Positions 1 to 8,518 of a stretch of DNA of 24,000 bases are shown piece by piece. The number at the start of each line of letters is the position of its first letter. Position 1 is the first letter of the stretch. The position numbers were made by a program, and so were the translations under genes. The stretch comes from Variovorax sp. ZS18.2.2. GTDB taxonomy: Bacteria > Pseudomonadota > Gammaproteobacteria > Burkholderiales > Burkholderiaceae_C. Below the pieces are notes generated by a model. That model saw only the letters and a program-made list of their open reading frames with translations. It was not told the DNA's origin and made no database searches. The DNA is taken from NCBI RefSeq assembly GCF_024701975.1, contig NZ_JANLNM010000007.1, positions 314,024 to 338,023 of the forward strand, in the 5' to 3' direction.

Positions 1-458
1 GCGGCACGCCGATCGACCAGACCGAGAAGAAGCTCAAGGACTTCACGCCCGTGGCGCCCGGCTCCTTCACCTCGGCCGCGATCATCATGCTGACCGATGG
101 CCAGCGCACCACCGGCGTCGATCCGCTCGATGCGGCCAAGGCCGCGGCCGACCGCGGCGTGCGCATCTACACGGTGGGCGTGGGCACGGTCGATGGCGAA
201 ACCATCGGCTTCGAAGGCTGGTCGATGCGCGTGCGGCTCGACGAGGAAACGCTCAAGGCCGTCGCCAACAAGACCAATGCCGAATACTTCTACGCGGGCA
301 CCGCGAACGACCTGAAGAAGGTCTACGAAACGCTGAGTTCCAAGCTCACCGTGGAGAAGAAGGAAACGGAAATCTCGGCGCTGTTCGCGCTCGGCGCGGC
401 GGTGCTCACGCTGCTGTCGGCGGGGCTGTCGCTGCTCTGGTTCAACCGGATTCTGTAG
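1..458 (+). CDS. VWA domain-containing protein, C-terminal part (BatA/BatB-like), 5' end outside the window
   Basis: The reading frame stays open to nt 3, and the track ORF 51..458 merely begins at an internal GTG. IIMLTDGQRTTGVDPLDAAKAAADRGVRIYTVGVG...EETLKAVA..AEYFYA is the C-terminal half of a von Willebrand A fold. A hydrophobic C-terminal anchor follows (ISALFALGAAVLTLLSAGLSLLWF). Stop TAG at 456-458. Confidence 0.75.
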   Translation, partial: GTPIDQTEKKLKDFTPVAPGSFTSAAIIMLTDGQRTTGVDPLDAAKAAADRGVRIYTVGVGTVDGETIGFEGWSMRVRLDEETLKAVANKTNAEYFYAGTANDLKKVYETLSSKLTVEKKETEISALFALGAAVLTLLSAGLSLLWFNRIL

Positions 459-459
459 C

Positions 460-1035
460 TCAGGCTTTCGGCGCGGACTGCAGGCCGGCCAGCACCTCGC
501 GCAGGATTTCTTCGGACAAGGCCTCGTCTTCCACGGCGCGGGCCAGCACCACGCCGCCGTACATCGACGCCAGCATGCGGATCGCATCGCCCCGGGCGTT
601 CTTCTTCGTGCGCCACGGAAAATTTTTGGTGAAGCGGTCGATCACCGACTTGAGATAGGTCGTCAGCGGCACGCTGATGCCCCCGCTGCTCTGCGTTCCC
701 GACTGCGCCGCGAACGCCGCCACGAGGCAGCCATCGGCGCGGCCGTCGCGGTGGTCGGGGCTCAGGTAATCACGCACATAGGCGCGCATGCCTTCGGGCG
801 TTTCGCCGGCCGCATCGAGGTCGGCGAGCGCGGCGTTCCCGGAGTGGTCGATGCACGCCGCCATCAGCGCCTCTTTCGAGTCGAAGTGGTTGTAGAAGGG
901 CCCGTGCGTGAGGCCCGTGGCTTTCATGATCTCGCTCACGCTCACGCCGTCGAAGCCGCGCTCCTTGAAGAGGCGCGAGGCCTCGGCAAGGATCTTCTGG
1001 TGCTTTTCGGCGGTTTCTGCTGCGGGGTATCGCAT
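460..1035 (-). CDS. TetR/AcrR-family transcriptional regulator
   Basis: 191-aa ORF with ATG at 1035-1033. N-terminal HTH is typical of TetR (LFKERGFDGVSVSEIMKATGLTHGPFYNHFDSKEAL). Divergent from the SDR gene across a 132-nt region carrying palindromes. Confidence 0.9.
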   Translation of the reverse strand: MRYPAAETAEKHQKILAEASRLFKERGFDGVSVSEIMKATGLTHGPFYNHFDSKEALMAACIDHSGNAALADLDAAGETPEGMRAYVRDYLSPDHRDGRADGCLVAAFAAQSGTQSSGGISVPLTTYLKSVIDRFTKNFPWRTKKNARGDAIRMLASMYGGVVLARAVEDEALSEEILREVLAGLQSAPKA

Positions 1036-1081
1036 GTGACCTCTTTCTGTTCCGGGGTACTTCAGGACCTCGATTGACGTT

Positions 1082-1134
1082 AAGCATGATACTCATCATG
1101 CTTCGCCACTTCAAACATGATGGTCATCATGCTT
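1082..1134. promoter_or_regulatory. Two tandem palindromic operator-like sites in the TetR/SDR divergent region
   Basis: Site 1 at 1082-1103 is AAGCATGAT-ACTC-ATCATGCTT, a perfect 9-bp inverted repeat. Site 2 at 1113-1134 is AAACATGAT-GGTC-ATCATGCTT, with one mismatch. The shared core is CATGAT-N4-ATCATG and the centres are 31 bp apart. A TTGACG (-35-like) hexamer lies at 1074-1079. Confidence 0.6.
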
Positions 1135-1167
1135 TGAGTCAAACAATTACTTTTGAATGGATTCCCA

Positions 1168-1971
1168 ATGAGCGAACAAGCAACCCTCGGCACCGCCGTC
1201 GTCACAGGCGCATCGGCCGGCCTCGGCAAGATCTACGCGGACCGCCTGGCCCGCCGCGGCCACGATCTCGTGCTGGTGGCGCGCCGCACGGACCTGCTGG
1301 AAGAAGTCGCAGCAGCCCTCCGCGCCAAGTACGGCGTGAAGGTGCAGACGCTGGCGGCCGACCTGGCCGCTGCCGGCGACCTCGAGCGCGTCGTCAAGGC
1401 CGTGTCCACCGATGCCTCGATCACGCTCCTGGTCAACAACGCCGGCCTTTCGACGCTCGCGCCCGTCGCGCAGACCACGACCGCACAGCTGCAAAGCATG
1501 CTCGACGTGAACATCAACGCCCTCGCGCAGCTGAGCCACGCCGCGCTGACCGCCTTCAAGGCGCGCAACCGCGGCACGCTGGTGAACATCGGCTCGGTGC
1601 TGGGCTTCCACACGCTGCCGATCAGCAGCATCTACAGCGGCACCAAGGCCTTCGTGGTCGCGTTCACGCGCGGGCTGCAAGACGAAGTGGCGGGCACCGG
1701 CGTGAAGGTGCAACTGGTGCTGCCAGCGGCGACGGCTACCGACATCTGGGAACTCTCGGGCGTGCCGATGTCGGCACTGGCCGAAGGCACGATCATGGCG
1801 GCCGAAGACTGCGTGGACGCCGCCCTGGCCGGCCTCGACCTGGGCGAGCCGATCACGCTGCCGTCGGTGAACGAGGCGAGCCTGCTCGCGACCTTTGTCG
1901 ATGCGAGCGCCAAGCTGTTCGGCGCCTCGCAGACCAGCAAGCCGGCGACGCGCTACCTGGCGACGGCCTGA
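1168..1971 (+). CDS. Short-chain dehydrogenase/reductase (classical SDR)
   Basis: Motifs: TGASAGLG Rossmann motif, NNAG, and catalytic YSGTK with an upstream Ser. I prefer the ATG at 1168 (MSEQATLGTAVVTGAS...) to the track's TTG at 1153, but the start is uncertain by 15 nt. Confidence 0.88.
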   Translation: MSEQATLGTAVVTGASAGLGKIYADRLARRGHDLVLVARRTDLLEEVAAALRAKYGVKVQTLAADLAAAGDLERVVKAVSTDASITLLVNNAGLSTLAPVAQTTTAQLQSMLDVNINALAQLSHAALTAFKARNRGTLVNIGSVLGFHTLPISSIYSGTKAFVVAFTRGLQDEVAGTGVKVQLVLPAATATDIWELSGVPMSALAEGTIMAAEDCVDAALAGLDLGEPITLPSVNEASLLATFVDASAKLFGASQTSKPATRYLATA

Positions 1972-2603
1972 TCGGGTTCAGTCTCGGCCTTGGTCGTCGC
2001 GTAGTCCGGTGACTTCACAGCGCCGATGCCACCCAGGAACAGATCGGCCACGATCGGCGCAATCGCCGCGTGGTCGAGTTTTCCGCCGGGCTTCATCCAG
2101 GTGAACATCCAGTTGATCATGCCGAACAGCAGCATGGTCAGCGGCTTGGCGAGGTCGTCGCTCGGCGCGCCGGGCCGCAGCGCCGACACCGCGCGCGCGA
2201 AGCCCGCGACCACCTCGCGCTCCTTGTCGAGCACGCGTTCGCGGTCTTCCTCTTCGAGAAAGCGCACGTCGTCGGTCAGCACGCGGTGCGCGTCCTGCGC
2301 GCCGGCGTATTCCTCGACGATGCGGTAGATGAAGCGGCGCAGGCGCTGTTCATCGGTGTGCGTCGAGGCCTCCTCTTCGGCCACCAGCGCCGCCAGCTTC
2401 GACACGTGCGTCTCGGCGATGCTGATGAGGAGGCTGCTCTTGTCCTTGTAGTAGTGATAGAGGGTGGCCTTCGAGAGGTTGCAGGCCTCGGCCACCTGGT
2501 TCATCGACGTGGCGGGATAGCCCCGGCGCGCGAACAGCTGGGCGGCCTGCGCGAGGATCAGTTCGCGCTGGTCGTCGTAGGTGGCGGATCTTCCACGCGG
2601 CAT
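1953..2603 (-). CDS. paaR: TetR-family transcriptional regulator, probable phenylacetate-pathway repressor (PaaR-type) by context
   Basis: 216-aa ORF with ATG at 2603-2601. TetR HTH: LFARRGYPATSMNQVAEACNLSKATLYHYYKDKSSLL. It lies 65 nt downstream of paaY on the same strand, next to the paa control region. The family call is firm. The PaaR role rests on context only. Confidence 0.7.
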   Translation of the reverse strand: MPRGRSATYDDQRELILAQAAQLFARRGYPATSMNQVAEACNLSKATLYHYYKDKSSLLISIAETHVSKLAALVAEEEASTHTDEQRLRRFIYRIVEEYAGAQDAHRVLTDDVRFLEEEDRERVLDKEREVVAGFARAVSALRPGAPSDDLAKPLTMLLFGMINWMFTWMKPGGKLDHAAIAPIVADLFLGGIGAVKSPDYATTKAETEPDQAVAR

Positions 2604-2668
2604 CGGGTCAGGTTCCTGGATGAATGGGTTGAGGGCAGTGCGTGATCTTGCATGAAGCGAGCAGCGGG

Positions 2669-3271
2669 TCAGCCGCGCCGCGTGGCAATGAGCGAACGCA
2701 CGTCGGTGGCCGGCAGGCGCGGACGGTCCGCTTCCATCTCGGCGAGCGGCGCCACTTCGCGCAGGCTCTCCAAGCTGCGCACCGTGAGCGCCTGGTACAC
2801 GTGCGTGCCTTCGAGCTTCCAGGCGATTTCATCGTCGCTGAGCTCGCGCTTGACCTTCGCCGGAATGCCCGACACCAGCGAACGCGCCGGCACCTTCATG
2901 CCGGCCGGAACGAAGGCGCAGGCAGCCACGATGGCCTTCTCGCCGATCTCGGCCTCGTCCATCACCACCGCATTCATGCCCACCAGCGCATCGCGCCGCA
3001 CGATGCAGCTATGCAGGATCGCGCCGTGGCCGATGTGGCCGTTGACCTCCACCACCGTGTCGTTGTCGGGAAAGCCGTGGATGCAGCAGTGGTCCTGCAC
3101 GTTGGAGCCCTGCTCCAGCACGATGCGGCCGAAATCGCCACGCAGGCTCGCGCAGGGGCCGACATAACAGTTCGGGCCGACGATCACGTCGCCGATCAGC
3201 ACGGCGCTGGGGTGCACGTACGCACTCGGGTCGACAACGGGAATCACGCCGTCGATGGAATAGCTGGGCAT
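2669..3271 (-). CDS. paaY: Phenylacetic acid degradation protein PaaY (hexapeptide-repeat / gamma-carbonic-anhydrase-like thioesterase)
   Basis: The 200-aa ORF is collinear with E. coli PaaY as I recall it: [32 protein letters not shown]...[28 protein letters not shown]...[29 protein letters not shown] good SD (AAGGAGA on the minus strand) precedes the ATG at 3271. Confidence 0.92.
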   Translation of the reverse strand: MPSYSIDGVIPVVDPSAYVHPSAVLIGDVIVGPNCYVGPCASLRGDFGRIVLEQGSNVQDHCCIHGFPDNDTVVEVNGHIGHGAILHSCIVRRDALVGMNAVVMDEAEIGEKAIVAACAFVPAGMKVPARSLVSGIPAKVKRELSDDEIAWKLEGTHVYQALTVRSLESLREVAPLAEMEADRPRLPATDVRSLIATRRG

Positions 3272-3323
3272 TCGGTCGGTCTCCTTTTTTCGGGGTCTCA
3301 GGGTTTGCCCTGAATCAACCCAC

Positions 3324-3369
3324 TTGTGCAGCGATTGAGGTCGATCCTAAAATCAACCGAACGGTCGGT
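3324..3369 (+). promoter_or_regulatory. Putative paaG promoter (-35 TTGTGC 3324-3329, -10 TAAAAT 3348-3353, 18-nt spacer) with an overlapping palindromic operator ACCGAACGGTCGGT (3356-3369)
   Basis: Hexamers were read directly from the sequence. The palindrome is 12/14 self-complementary (ACCG-AA-CG-GT-CGGT) and starts 3 nt after the -10-like hexamer, the classic position for a repressor. Not experimentally anchored. Confidence 0.45.
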
Positions 3370-3420
3370 CAATAGTGTTTGCGAGCCGATTCGTACCCAC
3401 ACAAGGATGAGAGACACCCC

Positions 3421-4224
3421 ATGTCGGAACCTTTAGTTCTCACCAGCAACGCCGGAGCGGTGCGCACGCTGAGCCTCAACCGCCCCGCGGCGCTCAACAG
3501 CTTCACGACGCAAATGCATGCGGAGTTGATGGCCGAGCTCGAACTCGCAGCCGGGGACGACAGCGTTCGATGCGTCGTTCTCACCGGCGCCGGGCGCGCC
3601 TTCTGCGCCGGGCAAGACCTCGCCGATCCCGCCGTCGCACCCGACCCCACGCCCGGCGCCGCGCCCAAGGACCTGGGCCGCATGATCTCCACTTATTACG
3701 CCCCGCTGGTCGCACGCCTGCGCTCGATGCCGGTGCCGGTGGTCGCAGCCGTCAACGGCGTTGCCGCCGGAGCGGGCGCCAACCTCGCGCTGTGCTGCGA
3801 CCTCGTCGTGGCCGGCCGCTCGGCCAGTTTCATCCAGGCCTTCACCAAGATCGGCCTCGTGCCCGACACCGGCGGCACCTGGCTGCTGCCGCGCCTCGTG
3901 GGCCCGGCGCGCGCGCTCGGCATCGCGCTGCTCGGCGACAAGCTCCCCGCCGAAGAGGCCGCACGCATCGGCCTGATCTGGCAGTGCGTGGACGACGCGG
4001 CGTTGCCCGACACCGCCGCCGCGCTCGCCTCGAAGCTCGCCGCCATGCCGACCCGCGCCCTCGTCGCCACCCGTCAGGCCATGGCCGCTGCGCAGAACAC
4101 AGACCTCGATACGGCCCTGGCCGAGGAAGCCCGCCTGCAGCGCGAGATGGGCAACGCCAACGACTACCGCGAAGGCGTCGAAGCCTTCCGCGCCAAGCGC
4201 GCGCCCGTGTTCAAGGACCGCTGA
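3421..4224 (+). CDS. paaG: 2-(1,2-epoxy-1,2-dihydrophenyl)acetyl-CoA isomerase PaaG (crotonase family)
   Basis: From the ATG at 3421 (AAGGA about 13 nt upstream), the protein MSEPLVLTSNAGAVRTLSLNRPAALNSF...VVLTGAGRAFCAGQDL...AAVNGVAAGAGANLAL...DYREGVEAFRAKRAPVF is collinear with E. coli PaaG. The track start at 3379 is an upstream extension. Confidence 0.92.
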   Translation: MSEPLVLTSNAGAVRTLSLNRPAALNSFTTQMHAELMAELELAAGDDSVRCVVLTGAGRAFCAGQDLADPAVAPDPTPGAAPKDLGRMISTYYAPLVARLRSMPVPVVAAVNGVAAGAGANLALCCDLVVAGRSASFIQAFTKIGLVPDTGGTWLLPRLVGPARALGIALLGDKLPAEEAARIGLIWQCVDDAALPDTAAALASKLAAMPTRALVATRQAMAAAQNTDLDTALAEEARLQREMGNANDYREGVEAFRAKRAPVFKDR

Positions 4225-4227
4225 GCC

Positions 4228-4671
4228 ATGACCGAATCCACCCGCACGCCCCAGCAGACGGCCGAGTACGTCCGCGACGGCATGCTCGCCAACGACAACG
4301 CCACCAACGGCCTGGGCATGCGCATCGTCGAGGTCGGCCCCGGCCAGGCCACCATCGAGATGCGCGTTCGCCCCGACATGCTCAACGGCCACGCCACCTG
4401 CCATGGCGGCTTCATGGCCACGCTGGCCGACTCGACCTTCGCCTTCGCCTGCAACTCGTACAACGAGCTGACCGTGGCCTCGGGCTTCTCGATCGACTTC
4501 ATCGCCCCCGCGCGCGAAGGCGATGTGCTCACCGCGCGCTGCCACGAGGTCTCCAAGGCCGGCCGCACCGGCGTGTACGACACCGAAATCACCAACCAGC
4601 GCGGCGAGCGCATCGCGATGTTCCGCGGCCGTTCGTACACCGCCAAAGGCCGCCCCGCCGTCCCTGCCTGA
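4228..4671 (+). CDS. paaI: Hydroxyphenylacetyl-CoA thioesterase PaaI (hotdog fold)
   Basis: 147 aa. MLNGHATCHGGFMATLADSTFAFACNS...TGVYDTEITNQRGERIAMFRGRSY matches the PaaI pattern. Starts 3 nt after the paaG stop. Confidence 0.92.
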   Translation: MTESTRTPQQTAEYVRDGMLANDNATNGLGMRIVEVGPGQATIEMRVRPDMLNGHATCHGGFMATLADSTFAFACNSYNELTVASGFSIDFIAPAREGDVLTARCHEVSKAGRTGVYDTEITNQRGERIAMFRGRSYTAKGRPAVPA

Positions 4672-4690
4672 AGAAGAGACAAGACCCACC

Positions 4691-6001
4691 ATGACCGCCC
4701 GACACCCCGCCCCCGGCGAACTCGACCCCATCGAAACCGCGAGCCGCGACGAGATCGCCGCGCTGCAGCTCACGCGCCTGCGCGCCACGCTGCAGCGCGC
4801 CTACGACAACGTGCCGCACTACCGCAAGGCCTTCGATGCGAAGGGCGTGCATCCGGACGATCTGAAGTCGCTCGCCGACCTGTCGAAGTTTCCGTTCACG
4901 GTGAAGAGCGACCTGCGCGACAACTACCCCTTCGGCATGTTCGCCGTGCCGCGCGAAAACGTGGCGCGCATCCATGCCTCGTCGGGCACCACCGGCAAGC
5001 CGACCGTGGTCGGCTACACGCTCAAGGACATCGACACCTGGGCCAACCTCGTCGCCCGCTCCATCCGCGCGGCGGGCGGCCGGCCCGGCGACATGGTGCA
5101 CGTGTCGTACGGCTACGGCCTCTTCACCGGGGGCCTGGGCGCGCACTACGGCGCCGAACGCGCGGGGTGCACGGTCATCCCCATGTCGGGCGGCCAGACC
5201 GAGAAGCAGGTGCAGATCATCCAGGACTTCAAGCCGAACATCATCATGGTCACGCCCAGCTACATGCAGGTGATCATCGAGCAGTTCGAACGCCAGGGCC
5301 TGAGCGCCAAAGACAGCTCGCTCAAGATCGGCATCTTCGGCGCCGAGCCGTGGACCGAGGCGATGCGCCGCGACATCGAGGCCAAGGCCGGCATCGACGC
5401 GGTCGACATCTACGGCCTCTCCGAAGTGATGGGCCCCGGCGTCGCGAGCGAATGCGTCGAGAGCAAGGACGGCCCCGTGATCTGGGAAGACCACTTCTAC
5501 CCCGAGATCATCGACCCCGAAACCGGCGAGCTGAAGGCCGACGGCGAAGAAGGCGAACTGGTCTTCACGTCGTTGAGCAAAGAGGCGATGCCGATCATTC
5601 GCTACCGCACACGCGACCTCACGCGCCTCCTGCCGCCCACCTCGCGTTCGTTCCGCCGCATGGGCAAGATCGTCGGGCGCAGCGACGACATGATGATCAT
5701 CCGCGGCGTCAACGTCTTCCCCACGCAGGTGGAAGAAATCGTGCTCGCGCACAAGTGCCTCTCGGGCCTCTACCAGGTGCACGTGAGCCGTGCCGACAAG
5801 CTCGACCAGGTCGAGGTGCACTGCGAGCTCAACCCCGCCGACGCCGCTTCGGCGGACCGCACCGCCATCGGCGAATGGGTGCAGCACCGCGTGAAGACGC
5901 TCATCGGCATTTCCACGCGCGTGGTGGTGCACGCGCCCAACGAGATGGAACGCACCCAGACCGGCAAGGCGCGCCGCGTGATCGACACGCGTCCGCGTTG
6001 A
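4691..6001 (+). CDS. paaK: Phenylacetate-CoA ligase PaaK
   Basis: True start is the ATG at 4691 (MTARHPAPGELDPIETASRDEIAALQLTRLRATLQRAYDNVPHYRKAFD...). Adenylate-forming motifs are SSGTTGKPT and YGLSE, and the C-terminus is typical of PaaK. The track ORF (4523) carries a spurious 56-aa extension overlapping paaI. Confidence 0.94.
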   Translation: MTARHPAPGELDPIETASRDEIAALQLTRLRATLQRAYDNVPHYRKAFDAKGVHPDDLKSLADLSKFPFTVKSDLRDNYPFGMFAVPRENVARIHASSGTTGKPTVVGYTLKDIDTWANLVARSIRAAGGRPGDMVHVSYGYGLFTGGLGAHYGAERAGCTVIPMSGGQTEKQVQIIQDFKPNIIMVTPSYMQVIIEQFERQGLSAKDSSLKIGIFGAEPWTEAMRRDIEAKAGIDAVDIYGLSEVMGPGVASECVESKDGPVIWEDHFYPEIIDPETGELKADGEEGELVFTSLSKEAMPIIRYRTRDLTRLLPPTSRSFRRMGKIVGRSDDMMIIRGVNVFPTQVEEIVLAHKCLSGLYQVHVSRADKLDQVEVHCELNPADAASADRTAIGEWVQHRVKTLIGISTRVVVHAPNEMERTQTGKARRVIDTRPR

Positions 6002-6029
6002 ACCCATCGCCTCCTACAAAAAAACCTCG

Positions 6030-8474
6030 ATGACATTGAATTTCCGACCGATCGCCCTCGCCTGCATCGCCCTCGCGCTGGCCGGCTGCGCCGCCACGAC
6101 GCCTGCGCCCGGCGGCAAGGTCACGATCAAGCGCGATGCCTACGGTGTGCCGCACGTGTATGCCAACGACGTGCGCGGCCTGTTCCACGGCTTCGGCTAC
6201 GCGGTCGCCGAAGACCGCCTGTTCCAGATGGAGATGGCCCGCCGCGCGGTGCTCGGCACGGTCTCCGAAGTGATGGGCCCGGCCTACGTCGCGCTCGACA
6301 AGGGCAGCCGCGCCGGCTTCACGCCCGAATCCATCCGCGCGCAAATGGCCCGCCTGTCGCCCGACGACAAGGCGATCTTCGATGGCTATGCCGCGGGCTT
6401 CAATGCGCGCGTCAACGAAGTGCTGGCGGCACAGGCGACCCTGCTGCCCAAGCAATTCAACGACGCCGGATTCAAGCCGAAGGCCGATTGGACAGGCTAC
6501 GACGTGGCCATGATCTGGGTCGGCACCATGGCCAACCGCTATTCGAACGTGAGCAGCGAAGTCGCCAACCTGCGCCTCTTGGAGCAACTGCGCAAGGCCC
6601 GCGGCGATGTCGCCGGCCGCCAGCTGTTCGACCAGATCCGCTGGGTGGAAGATCCGCTCGCGCCCACCACCGTGCCGCGCACCGGCGCGCGCGCCCAGGC
6701 TGCCGTGCAGCAACCGGCCGGCGACGACGCCGTCGCGCGCCTGGCCCCCGTCTCGCCCGAACTGCTGGTCGCGCGCAACGACATCGACGCGGCCCAACGC
6801 GGCGTGGCCGAGCCGTGGACCCGCCCGATCGCCAGCAACCTCTGGATCGCCGGTCCGTCGAAGACCACCGACGGCAGCACCGTCTTCATCAACGGCCCGC
6901 AGTTCAACTGGTTCAACCCGTCCTACGTGTTCGGCATCGGCCTGCACGGCGCCGGCTTCGACGTGACGGGCAACACGCCGTTCGCGCACCCGGTCGTGCT
7001 CTTCGGCACCAACGGCAAGATCGCCTGGGGCGCCACCGCCGGCCCGCTGGACGTGAACGACATGTACCAGGAGAAGCTCAACCCGGCCAACCCGCACGAG
7101 TACCAGTTCAACGGTGCGATGCGCGCGATGAGCAAGCGCACCGAAGTCATCAAGGTCAAGGGCCAGCCCGACCAGAGCGTGGACGTGTACGCCACCGTGC
7201 ACGGCATCGTCACCAACTTCGACCTGCCCAACGGCACCGCCTATTCGATGAAGCGGAGCTGGGACGGCTACGAACTCGAATCGCTGCTCGGCTGGATCCA
7301 CTCGATGCAGGCGAAGAACTGGGACCAGTGGCTGGCGCAGGCCTCGCGCGTGGCCATCACCATCAACTGGTACTACGCGGACACCGAGGGCAACATCGGC
7401 TACGTCTCGCCCGGCCGCCTGCCGATCCGCCCGGCCACACAGGACATCCGCTTGCCCGCCGTGGGCGACGGTTCGATGGAATGGCTCGGCATCCGCCCCT
7501 TCAGCGAAGACCCCAAGACCTTCAACCCGGCGCAGGGCTACGTCGCCAACTGGAACAATCAGTCCGCACCAGGCGCGGTGAGCGACGGCGGCAACTATTC
7601 CGTGGTCGACCGCGTGCGCGAATTCACCGCGCGCCTGGAGGCCAAGCCGAAGCTCACGCCGGACGAACTGTGGGCGCTCAACCGCACCACCGCCTACGCC
7701 GACACCAACGCGCGCTACATGGTGCCCTTTGCCATCGAGGCCACGCGCAACCTGCCGGCCGCCGACCCGGCGCGCCGTGCGGCGCAGATGCTGGCCGACT
7801 GGAACGCCCTCAACGAAGACCCGGCCGAACGCGGCGTCTACGACAGCCCCGCCACCACGCTGATGATGAACTGGCTGCCCATCCTCTACAAAAAGGTGCT
7901 GGCCGACGACCTGCCGCCCGAGGTGTTCGCGGCCTATGCGGGCAACGGCTATGCGGGCGACACGCAGGTGGCCAGCATCCGCCCCGGCAACGGCATGAAG
8001 CTGGTCTACAACGCATTGCTCGGCGCCAGGGCCGGCGTGCCGCAGACCTACGACTTCTTCAATGGCGAAGACAAGAACGCGGTGCTGCGCGCCACGCTCA
8101 CAGAGGCCATGGCCGAACTGGCGAAGCGCTACGGCAGCGACACCGCGAAATGGCGCACGCCGGTCGTCAGGCACGCCTTTCTCACCAGCAACTTCATCGG
8201 CGCGCCGCAGGCGGGTGCCGACGAACTGCTGACATTGCCGAGCTTCATGAACCGGGGCTCGCAGAACGACAAGGTGGTGCTCGGTGCGCGCGGCGTCACG
8301 CTGTGCACCGCCGCGCCGCCCGGCCAGAGCGGCTTCGTCGCGCCCGATGGCCGCAAGTCGGCGCACTACGCCGACCAGATGACGCTCTTCAAGGACTTCC
8401 GCTGCAAGAGCGAGGCGCTGACGCCCGCCGACGTGGACCGCCAGGCCGAATCGACCAAGCAGCTGAGCTACTGA
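6030..8474 (+). CDS. pac: Penicillin G acylase-family Ntn hydrolase precursor with a lipoprotein-type signal peptide
   Basis: 814 aa, collinear with E. coli-type PGA as I recall it: [12 protein letters not shown]...[15 protein letters not shown] in the alpha chain; [83 protein letters not shown] and PPGQSGF in the beta chain. The nucleophile Ser269 is at 6834-6836. The leader [20 protein letters not shown] has an LAGC lipobox (Cys20 at 6087-6089). Confidence 0.9.
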   Translation: MTLNFRPIALACIALALAGCAATTPAPGGKVTIKRDAYGVPHVYANDVRGLFHGFGYAVAEDRLFQMEMARRAVLGTVSEVMGPAYVALDKGSRAGFTPESIRAQMARLSPDDKAIFDGYAAGFNARVNEVLAAQATLLPKQFNDAGFKPKADWTGYDVAMIWVGTMANRYSNVSSEVANLRLLEQLRKARGDVAGRQLFDQIRWVEDPLAPTTVPRTGARAQAAVQQPAGDDAVARLAPVSPELLVARNDIDAAQRGVAEPWTRPIASNLWIAGPSKTTDGSTVFINGPQFNWFNPSYVFGIGLHGAGFDVTGNTPFAHPVVLFGTNGKIAWGATAGPLDVNDMYQEKLNPANPHEYQFNGAMRAMSKRTEVIKVKGQPDQSVDVYATVHGIVTNFDLPNGTAYSMKRSWDGYELESLLGWIHSMQAKNWDQWLAQASRVAITINWYYADTEGNIGYVSPGRLPIRPATQDIRLPAVGDGSMEWLGIRPFSEDPKTFNPAQGYVANWNNQSAPGAVSDGGNYSVVDRVREFTARLEAKPKLTPDELWALNRTTAYADTNARYMVPFAIEATRNLPAADPARRAAQMLADWNALNEDPAERGVYDSPATTLMMNWLPILYKKVLADDLPPEVFAAYAGNGYAGDTQVASIRPGNGMKLVYNALLGARAGVPQTYDFFNGEDKNAVLRATLTEAMAELAKRYGSDTAKWRTPVVRHAFLTSNFIGAPQAGADELLTLPSFMNRGSQNDKVVLGARGVTLCTAAPPGQSGFVAPDGRKSAHYADQMTLFKDFRCKSEALTPADVDRQAESTKQLSY

Positions 8475-8518
8475 CCGCAGCCCGGCACACCACCCATTCA
8501 CCCGCAAGGAGAACCACG

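Noticed and set aside
5901-8507. 868-aa minus-strand ORF antisense to the acylase gene. The same applies to the other long antisense or out-of-frame ORFs: 3433-4788(-), 4589-6007(-), 9079-10638(-), 11134-12201(-), 11799-13130(-), 13271-14740(-), 14737-16587(-), 17780-19186(-), 19432-20763(-), 20969-21817(-).
   Set aside because: These are shadow ORFs typical of ~70% GC DNA, where stop codons are rare off-frame. Their translations are low-complexity and rich in Arg/Ala/Gly/His, with no recognisable motifs. Each lies fully over a gene on the other strand that has strong, collinear family signatures.
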